A DNA stretch of 64,000 nt. Source: Candidatus Sulfomarinibacteraceae bacterium. GTDB taxonomy: Bacteria > Acidobacteriota > Thermoanaerobaculia > Thermoanaerobaculales > Sulfomarinibacteraceae. The position numbers were made by a program, and so were the translations under genes. The notes beneath the pieces are model-generated. The model saw nothing but the letters and a program-made list of their open reading frames with translations. It had not been told where the DNA came from and did no database searches. The stretch spans positions 32,001 through 96,000 of the forward strand of contig CAWCLO010000010.1 in NCBI GenBank assembly GCA_963796455.1, given 5' to 3'. Of the stretch, positions 48,522-58,885 are shown in pieces; position 1 is the stretch's first letter; each line of letters starts with the position of its first letter.

Positions 48522-51500
48522 GATACCGCCACCTGAAACGCACGGTGATTGCCGTGCTGGCCACTGTAGCCTTCTTCCTGATCTTCGGTCTGATCGTACG
48601 AACGGTTCTGGAAGCGGGGCCGACCCGGCGCGCCACCATTCGTTGGTTGGAAAACACCGCTGCCGACAACGGCGCGGACCTCAAAGTCGGAGATCTTCAC
48701 TGGGGCATCCTGCCGCCGACCATTCTCCTCAGCGATGTGCAACTCGATGCCGCGGGATTCAAGGCCGAGATCTCAAATCTGCACGTCGATCTCGTCAGGC
48801 TTCGACTGACCACTCGGACCGTGGAACTCGGTACTGTCGCCGCGCGGAACGTGAAAGTCTCTCTCGATGGTTTGCCTCCCAGGTCGGAATCCCCCGGCCG
48901 CGGTTTCAAAATTCGTATCCGACACCTCGAATTGGATGGGCTCGAATTCGAGGGGGTCGATCTTCCCGGCGGCCTGGCGCTTGATCTGGACGGACTCCGC
49001 GGCGGCTGGTCATCCGAAGACGGCAGACCCAAGGGATTTGTCGAAATCGCAAAGGCCCATGTCGCGCTCGGCACGATGACGCCTTTCGATACCGCCCTCA
49101 CGACCCGTTTCGAGTTGCCCGGGGACGGTCTCGTCATCTCCAAATATCGTCTCGACGGCGACGGATTCAATCTTCAGGGCCAAGGCCGAGTCACTTCGAC
49201 CGGGCAGCGCCTGGAAGCAAACGGTACGGTCGATGTGGAGTGGCTCGATCGTTTTCTCAAGACCAAGGGGCTGCTCGCCGGGAGCACCGAGGTGGCCGCC
49301 GTTTTCGACTCCTCAGAACGAGACTTGGTTCGTGTCGAAATCAGGGCCGGTTCCCTCCGGGCCAGCAATTTTCCGCTTCAAGACGTGGCAGGAACGCTTT
49401 TCTTTGACGGCCGTCAACTGCGCGGCGTTCTCGATCGCGCCCGGTTCCACGGCGGGCGGATCTCGGGTGACTATCTGCTCGAAGAATTCGGGGGATCTTT
49501 CCCCCACCGGGTCACGCTTCGTGGATCGGGGGTCTCCGCCAGCGGTTTCCTGGCGGACATCAATGTCGACACAGCAGGTCTGGCAGCCACCATGGACCTC
49601 GACGGCGGGGTGCGCTGGAACGGCAAACAGTTTCCCATAGGCCACGGTGAGGCGATGGTCGTTTTTCACGGTGCCCAACCCGGGCTACCGGTCGAAGGAC
49701 CGTTGCAGATCCGGCTCACCGGTGAGCGCCTCCTGCGCTTCGATGCCACGGAGCTTTCGATCGGAAATTCAAAGGCGCGCTGGCAGGGCGCGCTGACCGT
49801 CGGCACATGGGAGCCGGCGTGGGCAATCGACGTCAAGCCTGCGGTCCTCGAAGAAATCACCCCGCTGGTGAACGCCTGGGTCAAATCGACCATTCTTCCC
49901 GAAAAGTTGAGCGGTATCGGACATCTAATTGTCAATCTCAGCGGTCCTTTCTCCGATCTCCTGGTCAACGCGCGGGTCGATGCCGAACCTCTGATCTTCG
50001 ACCCGATCGTTCTCGACCGGCTGGTTACCGAAGTTACGATCGGTTCATCGATCCTTCGACTCGGTTCGACCCGTTTCCAGATCGGGGACGGTTTCGGAGA
50101 GGTTGAGGGCGGGCTTTCATGGGGTGAGGCGGCGGGTGAACAACAACTCGATCTCGAGATCCGGGGACGCCGCATCCCCATGAAGTCGGTCGCTTCATGG
50201 ATCGATCTCGATCAGCTTGTCGACACCGGCTTGATCTCCTTCAGCGGACTTCTCGAAGGCCCCATCGCCATGCCCCGAGGCAGCTGGCGATTCGATATCG
50301 ACGAACCATCCCTCGCCGGTCTCGCCCTCGGCCAGACCTCGACGACAGTCGATCTCGCCGACGCCCGATTCACATGCAATGAGCTCTCGAGCAGCAACGG
50401 CATGAATGGCGAGATCTGGTGGGATGTCAGCGGGGCGGTCACCGGCGGCTCACTCTCGTGGCCCGATATGCCGTTGGCGACCTTCGGCGAAGCCTTCACG
50501 ACCTTGATCGGAGCCAGTGCCGACACCACCCTTGATTTTGCCCTCCCCGGGGACAACCCTCCGACCGGACGCCTGGTGGCAAAGGCAAAAAACGGCCACT
50601 TCACCGTCGATGTCGGTCCTGAGACCGTACACGTGACCGCCGCCATGGAAGGGGCCGCCGAGGCCGAGGCGACGCTGGTCCGCGCGGCAGACGGCGCTCT
50701 CGTGGGACACGGATCCCTGGACCTCGGTTCGGCAAGTGGGATGCTCGCCTACCTGGCCCCCGAAGCCGGGGTCCCGCTCGACGGCAACGGTCGGGCGAGC
50801 TTCGATATCGACTGGTCGGACTCCGACCTGCCCCGGCTCGAAGGTGTGATCGAGGCGCTCGAGCTCGATCTCGACACCCAGCCCGTGCAGCTTCTGGAAC
50901 CCGCACGTTTCACCCTTTCCGAGAACGGATTCACCGTGCCCGGTCTGCGTTTACGGGCTCGCGACGAAGAGCTCTTCATCCGCTGGAACATCGCCGGGGA
51001 CGGTCAACTCAGCGGCAATCTCTCCGGCACGATGGACACGTTGTTGCTGCGCTTTCTGCTGCCCGATTGGGAGCCCGCCGGAACGGCCACAGGAATCGTC
51101 GAATTCCTGGGAACCATCGACAACCCGCTCTTCGAAGGAATCGCCGAGATCGATAAGGGCTCCTTTCGTTTGCCGGGCTCACGCACGATCCTGTCGCAGG
51201 TCAACGGAACGGTTCTCCTGGCCTCGGGCGAGGTCCAGCTCGAAGGAATGGACTTCCGGTTGATGGGCGGCAGGGGGCGCACTACCGGTCGCATCCGCAA
51301 CCTCGACGACACCATCATGCTGTCGCTGACCGGCACCGCCACCGGTGTTCGCTTCGAGGTGCTGCCCGATCTCGAAGCCCGTCTTTCGGGCAGCTGGCGG
51401 CTCAATGGACCGGTCGAAGATCTCACTCTTTCCGGCGATCTCGATGTGGATCGGATGAACCTGAACACCAAGGAGGATCTCGCTTCGCTTCTCCTGCGTT

Positions 51501-52258
51501 GGTTCGGTCAACCCGGAGGCTCGAGCTCCGAGGGTGGGCTCAACCTCGCACTGCATATCGAAGCGGATGAGAGCATCGATCTCCGCAGCCCGTTTCTGCG
51601 CGTCAAGGGCTCGGCATCGGTGGATGTTTCGGGAACATCCAACCGACCCGGCCTCATCGGCCAGGTCGAAGCCCTCGAGGGCGGCGACGCGACCCTGCTC
51701 GGCAACCGCTACGAGATCGATCGCCTCAGCCTCAATTTCTCGAACCCCGATGACATCGAGGCATTCCTCGATCTGCAGGCTACGACCTTTGTTCAAGAGT
51801 ATGGAGTCACCGTCCAGCTCTCCGGAACCACCGACCGATTCGTATCGACCGCCGTCTCGACGCCGCCCTTGAGCGCACCGGATATCTACTCCCTCCTCGG
51901 GGTCGGTTATCGGGGCAGCAACCTCGGCTCGAGCGCCATGGGCCTCGGTCTCGCCTCTTCGATTCTTTCGAGTGAGCTGACCTCGGTCTTCAAGCGGCGC
52001 GGCCAGATGGTGCTGCCCGTGGATCAGGTCCGGGTCGACCCCTTTGCCGCCGACACCACCGGCAACCCCACCGCGCGGGTCTCGGTCATCAAACAGCTCA
52101 CCCCGTCGTGGACCGTCATCGTTCAATCGAATCTGGCCGGAGTCCGCGAGCAGTTGATCATCAGCCGATGGTATCTGGCGCCCGGGCTCTTCATCGAAGC
52201 AGCTCAGCACGAGGATGGGTCCTATTCACTCGACCTCAAGCTGCGGCGCCCCTACTGA
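48518..52258 (+). CDS. tamB: TamB/AsmA-like translocation and assembly module protein
   Basis: N-terminal TM, long beta-rich body, DUF490-like C-terminus (STPPLS..DIYSLL); upstream of an Omp85 gene. Confidence 0.8.
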   Translation: MRYRHLKRTVIAVLATVAFFLIFGLIVRTVLEAGPTRRATIRWLENTAADNGADLKVGDLHWGILPPTILLSDVQLDAAGFKAEISNLHVDLVRLRLTTRTVELGTVAARNVKVSLDGLPPRSESPGRGFKIRIRHLELDGLEFEGVDLPGGLALDLDGLRGGWSSEDGRPKGFVEIAKAHVALGTMTPFDTALTTRFELPGDGLVISKYRLDGDGFNLQGQGRVTSTGQRLEANGTVDVEWLDRFLKTKGLLAGSTEVAAVFDSSERDLVRVEIRAGSLRASNFPLQDVAGTLFFDGRQLRGVLDRARFHGGRISGDYLLEEFGGSFPHRVTLRGSGVSASGFLADINVDTAGLAATMDLDGGVRWNGKQFPIGHGEAMVVFHGAQPGLPVEGPLQIRLTGERLLRFDATELSIGNSKARWQGALTVGTWEPAWAIDVKPAVLEEITPLVNAWVKSTILPEKLSGIGHLIVNLSGPFSDLLVNARVDAEPLIFDPIVLDRLVTEVTIGSSILRLGSTRFQIGDGFGEVEGGLSWGEAAGEQQLDLEIRGRRIPMKSVASWIDLDQLVDTGLISFSGLLEGPIAMPRGSWRFDIDEPSLAGLALGQTSTTVDLADARFTCNELSSSNGMNGEIWWDVSGAVTGGSLSWPDMPLATFGEAFTTLIGASADTTLDFALPGDNPPTGRLVAKAKNGHFTVDVGPETVHVTAAMEGAAEAEATLVRAADGALVGHGSLDLGSASGMLAYLAPEAGVPLDGNGRASFDIDWSDSDLPRLEGVIEALELDLDTQPVQLLEPARFTLSENGFTVPGLRLRARDEELFIRWNIAGDGQLSGNLSGTMDTLLLRFLLPDWEPAGTATGIVEFLGTIDNPLFEGIAEIDKGSFRLPGSRTILSQVNGTVLLASGEVQLEGMDFRLMGGRGRTTGRIRNLDDTIMLSLTGTATGVRFEVLPDLEARLSGSWRLNGPVEDLTLSGDLDVDRMNLNTKEDLASLLLRWFGQPGGSSSEGGLNLALHIEADESIDLRSPFLRVKGSASVDVSGTSNRPGLIGQVEALEGGDATLLGNRYEIDRLSLNFSNPDDIEAFLDLQATTFVQEYGVTVQLSGTTDRFVSTAVSTPPLSAPDIYSLLGVGYRGSNLGSSAMGLGLASSILSSELTSVFKRRGQMVLPVDQVRVDPFAADTTGNPTARVSVIKQLTPSWTVIVQSNLAGVREQLIISRWYLAPGLFIEAAQHEDGSYSLDLKLRRPY

Positions 52259-52272
52259 GGATCTGGGTGAAG

Positions 52273-55074
52273 ATGCACCTGCCCCCCATATCTCACCAGC
52301 TTCCTGCTGGGGGTGTTGACGCGCCGCGCCTCACCTTCTTCGGTGTGGTGCTGCTGATCCTGGTGCTGGCCTGCACACCCGCCGCGGCCCAGACCGGTGA
52401 ACCGCTGATCAAAAGTGTCCAGGTCATCGGCAAGGGCGAGATCGACGAGGCCGAGATCGCCGAGATTCTCGAACTCGAGGTCGGATCAATCATCGATCGC
52501 GGCCGTCTGCGCGAGGTCATCACCACACTTTACGCCGGTGGCCAGGTGGAGTGGTTGAAGGTTGAATCGACGGAGGTCGACGGCGGTCTCGACGTTGTGG
52601 TGCGCATCAGCCTGCAGTCGACAATCTCTCAAATCAAGGTATTCACGAAGAAACCGCTGCTAAGGGTCAAGGTTCACCGGTGGCTCCAGATGGAGCCCGG
52701 CGATCCGGTGACCACAGCGACCATCGAAAACGCGAGAAGGCGCGTCGAACGGCGGCTGCAGGAACGCGGCCACGCCGACGCTCTCGTCGAAGCATTCATC
52801 AATTACGACCGGGGAACGAATACGGTTGTGGTGGAAATCCATGCCACTCCCGGATCACCGCAGGTGGTCGGCTCGGTGGTTGTGGAAGGAGCCGAAAACG
52901 AGGAGATAGAGACCGTCGCCGAGCCCAAACACAAGGTTGGCAAACGACTCACCCTTCGCCTCGAAGAACGACTCCGGTACCGCACCGAATCCAATCTCCG
53001 CGAAATGGGTTTCTGGGAGGCGGAGGTGCTCGAAGTCGAACGGCGCGCTGAGGGCGCGGACGTCGAGCTCGCCATGCGGGTCGACACGGGGCCCCGCTAT
53101 CGGCTCGAGCTCGAAGCGCCCGCCGAAAAGGAAAAGCTCGCTCAGAAGGCCTTTCCGGATCCCTCCGAGGAAGAGTTGCACCCTGCACAAACCGAAGCCC
53201 TTGCGGAGCAGGTCCAGGAACATCTCCAGGAAGCGGGGTATCTGCTCGCCAGGGTTTCCGCCGAACTGACAACCGACGGTGATGAACGGGTCCTCCTTCT
53301 TCGCGTCGATCCCGGTCTCAAGCTCAAGATCCAGGCGGTGGAGTTTCCGGGTGCGGAGCACGTTGCCAATGGGAAGCTCCAGCAAGCGGTGGCCGTCAAA
53401 CAGGGTGGGGCCGGTGGACGATTCCAACAGATGGTGAGCAGCGCCACCATCGAGGACGACCGCCGCCAGATCGAGCAGCTCTATCACGGTGAGGGCTTCC
53501 CCTTTGTCGTCGTCGCCACGGGCAAGATCGTGGCCACCGAAGAACCTCAGGCCGTCCGCGTCGTCTTCGCCATCGACGAAGGCACCCGCTGGCTCATCTC
53601 CGAAGTTCGGATCGAAGGCCTACCGGTGGAGGCCGCTGCGGATCTGGATACCAACCCCATGCATCTGGTTGCCGGATCGCCGTGGAGCCCCAGTGCCGTC
53701 GATCGCGCCCAACAGCGGCTCGAAAATGCATTGGCGGACACCGGTTATCCCGAGGGGCGGGTCGAAGCGGATGTCGACACAACGCAAGAAGGCAAGGCGT
53801 TGGTCACCTTCCGGATCGAGCCGGGCCCATTCGTCCGCGTCGGAGAGGTGATCATCGCCGGATTGCGCCACACTCGCGAAAGCATCGTGGCAGGAGTTGT
53901 CAGACGGGCAGGCGTCCGTACCGGTGAGCCCCTGTCGCGGGCGAAAATGCTCGAGGCGCAACGCGGTCTCTTCGAGCTCGGTCTTTTTCGCCGCGCCGAG
54001 CTGGTTCCAATGCCCGGTCAGGAACGCCGTGAGGACCGCAACATCGTCGTCCGTATCGACGAAGGCGAGCAGAAATCCTATCTCTTCGGTCTCGGCTACT
54101 CGGACCGCGACGCCGCCCGTCTGATCCTCGGTTGGTCCCACCTCAACCTGCTCGGTCGTGCCTACGCATTCGCGGCCGAGGTATCACTCTCGAACCGTCA
54201 ACAACGGTACTCGCTGTCGCTGAGAAAACAGCGCGCATTCGGTCTTCCGGTGCCGGCCCACCTGGCAATCTACCGGACGAACGAAGTGCTCGCCGACCGA
54301 GATCTGCTGCGACGGGGTCTGTGGCTCGATTTTGGCGACCGGCTCAATCGACCGCTGCGCCCCTGGCTTCGATACGAATACGAAATCATCGAACATCAAA
54401 ACGTGCCGGAGGATCTGCCGCCGATCATCGATGATGAGTTCGCCGAATCCAAGGTCGCATCGCTCACGCCAAGCGTCGAGTGGGACACCCGCGACAATCT
54501 CCTCTCACCCACCAGAGGCATCTACGCAACCGTTTCCCTCCAGTACGCCTTTCCAGCCTTCCAGGCCGACAATCATTTCCTCAAATTTCGGGTCGGGGGG
54601 ACGCTCTACAAACCCCTCGGTGGAGGATTTGCAGCCGTCGGTTTGAAGCTCGGAGCCATTAAACCTCTCTATGGAGACGACGGTTTGCCCGAAAACCTCC
54701 AGATCCCATTTGCCTATCGTTTCTTTGCCGGCGGCCGAACAACTCACCGCGCCTTCGCCATCGATGCGCTCGGTATCCCGGGCCAGACCATCATCGACGG
54801 CAACCCGATCGGCGGCAACGCCCTTGTCCTCCTCAACCTCGAATACCGCTACAGCATCGCCGGCCAGCTCTTCGCCGCGATCTTCCTCGACGCCGGAAAT
54901 ATCTGGGCATCTCCCAACGACGTCAACCTCGGTGAGATCCGCTGGGGCCCGGGGCTCGGCATTCAGTACTGGACTCCAGCCGGACCACTGCGAGCCGAGT
55001 ACGGGTGGAAGCTCGATCCCGCTCCCGGTGAAGCCAGCGGCCAGTTCTATGTCAGTTTCGGCGTTCCGTTCTAG
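52273..55074 (+). CDS. Omp85-family outer-membrane protein with multiple POTRA domains (TamA/BamA-like); start uncertain
   Basis: POTRA repeats, WDTRDN, RFFAGG, FLDAGN, TPAGPLR, C-terminal FGVPF. Confidence 0.9.
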   Translation: MHLPPISHQLPAGGVDAPRLTFFGVVLLILVLACTPAAAQTGEPLIKSVQVIGKGEIDEAEIAEILELEVGSIIDRGRLREVITTLYAGGQVEWLKVESTEVDGGLDVVVRISLQSTISQIKVFTKKPLLRVKVHRWLQMEPGDPVTTATIENARRRVERRLQERGHADALVEAFINYDRGTNTVVVEIHATPGSPQVVGSVVVEGAENEEIETVAEPKHKVGKRLTLRLEERLRYRTESNLREMGFWEAEVLEVERRAEGADVELAMRVDTGPRYRLELEAPAEKEKLAQKAFPDPSEEELHPAQTEALAEQVQEHLQEAGYLLARVSAELTTDGDERVLLLRVDPGLKLKIQAVEFPGAEHVANGKLQQAVAVKQGGAGGRFQQMVSSATIEDDRRQIEQLYHGEGFPFVVVATGKIVATEEPQAVRVVFAIDEGTRWLISEVRIEGLPVEAAADLDTNPMHLVAGSPWSPSAVDRAQQRLENALADTGYPEGRVEADVDTTQEGKALVTFRIEPGPFVRVGEVIIAGLRHTRESIVAGVVRRAGVRTGEPLSRAKMLEAQRGLFELGLFRRAELVPMPGQERREDRNIVVRIDEGEQKSYLFGLGYSDRDAARLILGWSHLNLLGRAYAFAAEVSLSNRQQRYSLSLRKQRAFGLPVPAHLAIYRTNEVLADRDLLRRGLWLDFGDRLNRPLRPWLRYEYEIIEHQNVPEDLPPIIDDEFAESKVASLTPSVEWDTRDNLLSPTRGIYATVSLQYAFPAFQADNHFLKFRVGGTLYKPLGGGFAAVGLKLGAIKPLYGDDGLPENLQIPFAYRFFAGGRTTHRAFAIDALGIPGQTIIDGNPIGGNALVLLNLEYRYSIAGQLFAAIFLDAGNIWASPNDVNLGEIRWGPGLGIQYWTPAGPLRAEYGWKLDPAPGEASGQFYVSFGVPF

Positions 55075-55130
55075 CGCCGCTCTCGGGCCGAGAACTCGGT
55101 TCCGATGATTGCAGTGATAGGATTCACGGC

Positions 55131-56081
55131 GTGGTGACTCTCGAAACCCTCCTCCCCTGGATCTATCTCGCCGGCGGCATTCTCGGTCTCGGCCTGGGAG
55201 GGTCATGGCTGGTGGACGGAGCCTCGCGCCTCGCACTCAGGCTTGGCATCTCACCGATGATGGTCGGCCTGACGGTGGTCGGTTTCGGCACCTCGATGCC
55301 TGAGTTCTCGGTTTCGCTGATGGCGGCTCTCAGGGGCAGCGGCGGTTTGAGCCTCGGCAACGCCGTCGGTTCGAACATCATGAATCTGCTGCTGGTGCTC
55401 GGGGTGGCGTCGGTTCTGGTGCCGATCCACGTGGTCGGCAGCCGCAAACTCATGTACCGCGATCTGCTCTTCGGGCTGGTGCCGGCCGTGGTGCTCATCG
55501 TTTTTGCTCACAATGGCCACATCAGCCGGCTCACCGCATTGCTGCTTCTGGCGATCTTCTTCATCTTCATCGTGACCGCACTCCTGGCCGCGCGCGGAGA
55601 GAGCTCCGAACCAGCGGTGGTCGCCGGATCCACAGGAAAACACCTCGCCTGGACTGCATTCGGAATCCTGGTCCTTGTCGGCGGATCCGAGTTGCTGGTA
55701 TTGGGCGGAGTCGAGATCGCGCACCGCTTCGGCGTGTCCGAGGCCCTCATCGGATTGACCGTGGTCGCCTTTGGCACCTCGTTGCCGGAGCTCGCCACAT
55801 CGGTCGTCGCGGTCCTCAAGGGCCAGTGCGATATCGGGGTCGGCAACGTCCTCGGCTCGAATGTCTTCAACCTCGGCCTCGTGGTCGGCACGGCCTTTAC
55901 CATCCGCCCCGCCGCGGTCCCGGTCAACGTGATTCTGTGGGACATCCCCATATTGATTGCCGCCACTGCGATCGTCGGTCTCTTCGTGCTTCGCGACGGC
56001 CGCATCAACCGCTGGGAGGGCGCTCTCATGCTCTCCCTCTTTGTGGCCTATCTGGGTTTCATCGCGGTGAGGATCGCGTAG
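55131..56081 (+). CDS. Ca2+/Na+ (K+) antiporter, YrbG family
   Basis: Two alpha repeats: GTSMPE...GNAVGSN and GTSLPE...GNVLGSN. Confidence 0.95.
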   Translation: MVTLETLLPWIYLAGGILGLGLGGSWLVDGASRLALRLGISPMMVGLTVVGFGTSMPEFSVSLMAALRGSGGLSLGNAVGSNIMNLLLVLGVASVLVPIHVVGSRKLMYRDLLFGLVPAVVLIVFAHNGHISRLTALLLLAIFFIFIVTALLAARGESSEPAVVAGSTGKHLAWTAFGILVLVGGSELLVLGGVEIAHRFGVSEALIGLTVVAFGTSLPELATSVVAVLKGQCDIGVGNVLGSNVFNLGLVVGTAFTIRPAAVPVNVILWDIPILIAATAIVGLFVLRDGRINRWEGALMLSLFVAYLGFIAVRIA

Positions 56082-56087
56082 CGATCC

Positions 56088-56198
56088 GAATTCGGAGTTC
56101 GGAGTTCGGGATTCGGGGTTTCGCGCACCCGACCAAAATAATCCCAACGATCCGGGATGGAAACTCCACACTCAGAATTCCGAACTCCGAACTCAAAA
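56088..56198. repeat. Inverted heptamer-repeat hairpin between convergent antiporter and uvrB
   Basis: GAATTCGGAGTTCGGAGTTCGGGATTCGGGG ... ACTCAGAATTCCGAACTCCGAACTC. Confidence 0.85.
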
Positions 56199-56201
56199 CC
56201 G

Positions 56202-58208
56202 TCAGGTTTTGTAGATCTGCTGCCTTCTGAGATCCTTGAGCCGGTCGCGGAGCCGTGCCGCCTCCTCGAACTCGAGGGCCTTGGCCGCCGAACGCATCCG
56301 TTTTTCGAGTTCGGTGATGAGCTTGTTGAGCGATACGGCATCATCCGGGAGATCCCCATCGTCACCGGCGACCCGCAAATTGGGACCACCGGGCCCGTAA
56401 TAGTCGAGCCCACTCATCGCCAGCAGCGGGCTGGCGACATCCTTGATGATCGTCTTGGGCTCGATCCCGTGTTCGGTGTTGTAGGCGGCCTGCTTCTCGC
56501 GCCGCCGCCTGGTTTCTGAAAGGGCCCGCTGCATCGAACCTGTCTCCTTGTCGGCAAAGAGGATGGCCTTGCCCTCGATATTGCGCGCGGCGCGGCCGAT
56601 GGTCTGGATGAGTGAGGTGTCCGAACGGAGAAAACCCTCCTGGTCCGCATCGAGGATCGCGACCAAAGAGACCTCCGGCAGATCGAGTCCTTCGCGCAGG
56701 AGGTTGATCCCAACCAGAACGTCGAACTCGCCCTTACGGAGATCAGCCAGGATCGCCGATCGTTCGAGGGTTTTGACTTCCGAATGGAGATAACGAACCC
56801 TGACATCGACCTCGGCCAGATAGCTCGAGAGATCTTCTGCCATTCGTTTGGTGAGGGTCGTCACGAGCACCCTCTCGCCGCGAGCCACCACCATCCGGAT
56901 CTCGGCCAGCAGCTCATCCACCTGGTGGGTAGCAGGGCGGACCTCGACCACCGGATCAAGCAGCCCGGTCGGCCGGATCAGCTGCTCCACGACTTCGCCT
57001 TCGCTGTGTTCGAGCTCGTAGGAGCGGGGTGTCGCGGAGACGAACACCACCTGGTGGATGCGCTCCTCGAACTCCTCGAAGGTCAGGGGCCGGTTGTCGA
57101 GAGCCGACGGCAGCCGGAAACCGTAGTCGACCAACGTTTGTTTACGCGAGCGATCGCCGTGGAACATACCGCCGACCTGGGGCACGGTGACGTGGCTTTC
57201 GTCGATGATGCACAAAAAGTCGTGCGGAAAATAATCGAGCAGAGTCGGCGGCGGCTCTCCCTGGAGACGACCGGTGAGGTGGCGGGAGTAGTTCTCGATA
57301 CCGTTGCAGTATCCGAGCTCGGTCAGCATCTCGAGGTCGAAGTTCGCCCGCTGCGCCAGCCGTTGCGCCTCGAGGAGTTTGTCCTGTTCGTTGAGTTCTA
57401 GCAGCCGCCCATCGAGTTCGGTGCGAATCCCGTCGATCGCCTTCAGGAGCTGCGACCGCGGCGTCACATAGTGGGTCCGCGGATAGATCGGCAGCCGGTC
57501 GAGTTCCTCGAGCGCCACGCCTCGAACCGGATCGATGCGTTCGATGGTCTCCACGCGGTCGCCCCAGAACGAAATCCGGACCGCAGTGTCGTCGTAAGGC
57601 GGATAGATCTCGAGGATGTCGCCGCGGAGGCGGAAGGACCCCGGCGCGAGATCGAGGTGGGTGCGTTCGTACTGCATCTTGGCGAGCTGTCTGAGGATGT
57701 CATCGAGCGGTTCTTCGACATCTTTTTCGAAGAGCTGGAGCATCCCGAAATACGCCTCGGGCGAACCGAGACCGTAAATGCAGCTCACCGAAGCGACGAT
57801 CAAAACGTCGCGGCGCTCGAAAAGAGAGCGCGTTGCCGACAAACGCATCCGGTCGATCTCTTCGTTGATCGAGGTCTCTTTCTCGATGAAGGTATCCGAC
57901 GAAGCCACATAGGCTTCGGGCTGGTAGTAGTCGTAATACGAAACGAAGTATTCGACCGCGTTGTCCGGGAAGAAGGCCCTGAATTCCTGGTAGAGCTGTG
58001 CAGCCAATGTCTTGTTGTGGCTCAGGACCAGGGTCGGCCGGTTGGTGGCCTCGATGACCTTGGCCATGGTGAAGGTCTTGCCCGATCCGGTGACCCCGAG
58101 CAGGGTCTGGAAGGCGACGCCGCCATCGACGCCCTCGACCAGGCGCTCGATAGCCTGAACCTGGTCGCCGGCGGGTTCGAAATCCGTGTTCAGGATGAAG
58201 CGACTCAT
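56202..58208 (-). CDS. uvrB: Excinuclease ABC subunit B
   Basis: [46 protein letters not shown]-terminal UVR domain. Confidence 0.99.
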   Translation of the reverse strand: MSRFILNTDFEPAGDQVQAIERLVEGVDGGVAFQTLLGVTGSGKTFTMAKVIEATNRPTLVLSHNKTLAAQLYQEFRAFFPDNAVEYFVSYYDYYQPEAYVASSDTFIEKETSINEEIDRMRLSATRSLFERRDVLIVASVSCIYGLGSPEAYFGMLQLFEKDVEEPLDDILRQLAKMQYERTHLDLAPGSFRLRGDILEIYPPYDDTAVRISFWGDRVETIERIDPVRGVALEELDRLPIYPRTHYVTPRSQLLKAIDGIRTELDGRLLELNEQDKLLEAQRLAQRANFDLEMLTELGYCNGIENYSRHLTGRLQGEPPPTLLDYFPHDFLCIIDESHVTVPQVGGMFHGDRSRKQTLVDYGFRLPSALDNRPLTFEEFEERIHQVVFVSATPRSYELEHSEGEVVEQLIRPTGLLDPVVEVRPATHQVDELLAEIRMVVARGERVLVTTLTKRMAEDLSSYLAEVDVRVRYLHSEVKTLERSAILADLRKGEFDVLVGINLLREGLDLPEVSLVAILDADQEGFLRSDTSLIQTIGRAARNIEGKAILFADKETGSMQRALSETRRRREKQAAYNTEHGIEPKTIIKDVASPLLAMSGLDYYGPGGPNLRVAGDDGDLPDDAVSLNKLITELEKRMRSAAKALEFEEAARLRDRLKDLRRQQIYKT

Positions 58209-58828
58209 ATGAGTTCGGAGTTTGGAGTTCGGAGTTCGGAGTTATTGCACTCTTGGCGACCGTCGGTGTGAGCCGAGGCTCGGTAATTCCTCATTCCGAA
58301 TTTCGAATTCCGAATTCGCGCATCCAACTGGATTGGTGGGATCCCGGATTCCTCGATCCATTTTTCGAGGATCAAGTTGAGCAGCTCGAGTTCTTCATCT
58401 TCGATCCGACCGTCGGTAAAGATCTCGCGGACCCGGGTGACGAATTCTCCCATCATCGGATAAGGATCGTCGACCCGTTCGAGCATGGCGCGAAAGTGAT
58501 CGAGGTTCTTCCGGGTTCGATTCGCCTCTTGCTGAGGGAGGCCCCTCGGGAGGCCGTTGATGACGGCGCTGCGCGAGCGTTCGAAATTCACCCACACCGT
58601 GCTCTTCATCATCGATGTCCCGGCGATGAGGACCCCGATCAAGAGCAACAACCCGATACCACAGCCATAGAGGGGAACCCTGCCGCCGCAACCGGGGTTA
58701 CCGCGCCACGCCTCCTTGCCCGTTGCCGCAGGGGCAAAGACCGGGCCATCCGCCGGTGGTTTCGGCCGGGCCTCTTCGTCGGTTGGTTTTTCTTCAACCA
58801 CCTCGTCATCGATTGGCTGGTCGCTCAT
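58205..58828 (-). CDS. Hypothetical single-TM protein; C-terminal ~38 codons derived from heptamer repeats
   Basis: Acidic N-terminus, [12 protein letters not shown]; stop overlaps the uvrB ATG (ATGA). Confidence 0.7.
   Translation of the reverse strand: MSDQPIDDEVVEEKPTDEEARPKPPADGPVFAPAATGKEAWRGNPGCGGRVPLYGCGIGLLLLIGVLIAGTSMMKSTVWVNFERSRSAVINGLPRGLPQQEANRTRKNLDHFRAMLERVDDPYPMMGEFVTRVREIFTDGRIEDEELELLNLILEKWIEESGIPPIQLDARIRNSKFGMRNYRASAHTDGRQECNNSELRTPNSELI
58211..58317. repeat. Inverted heptamer-repeat hairpin directly upstream of uvrB
   Basis: (GAGTTCG)n at 58211-58243 versus AATTCCTCATTCCGAATTTCGAATTCCGAATTC at 58285-58317. Confidence 0.85.
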
Positions 58829-58885
58829 CCGAACATTGTACCCGGCCCCACCACCCACGCGGATGCTGGATGCTGGTCCCTGAAT

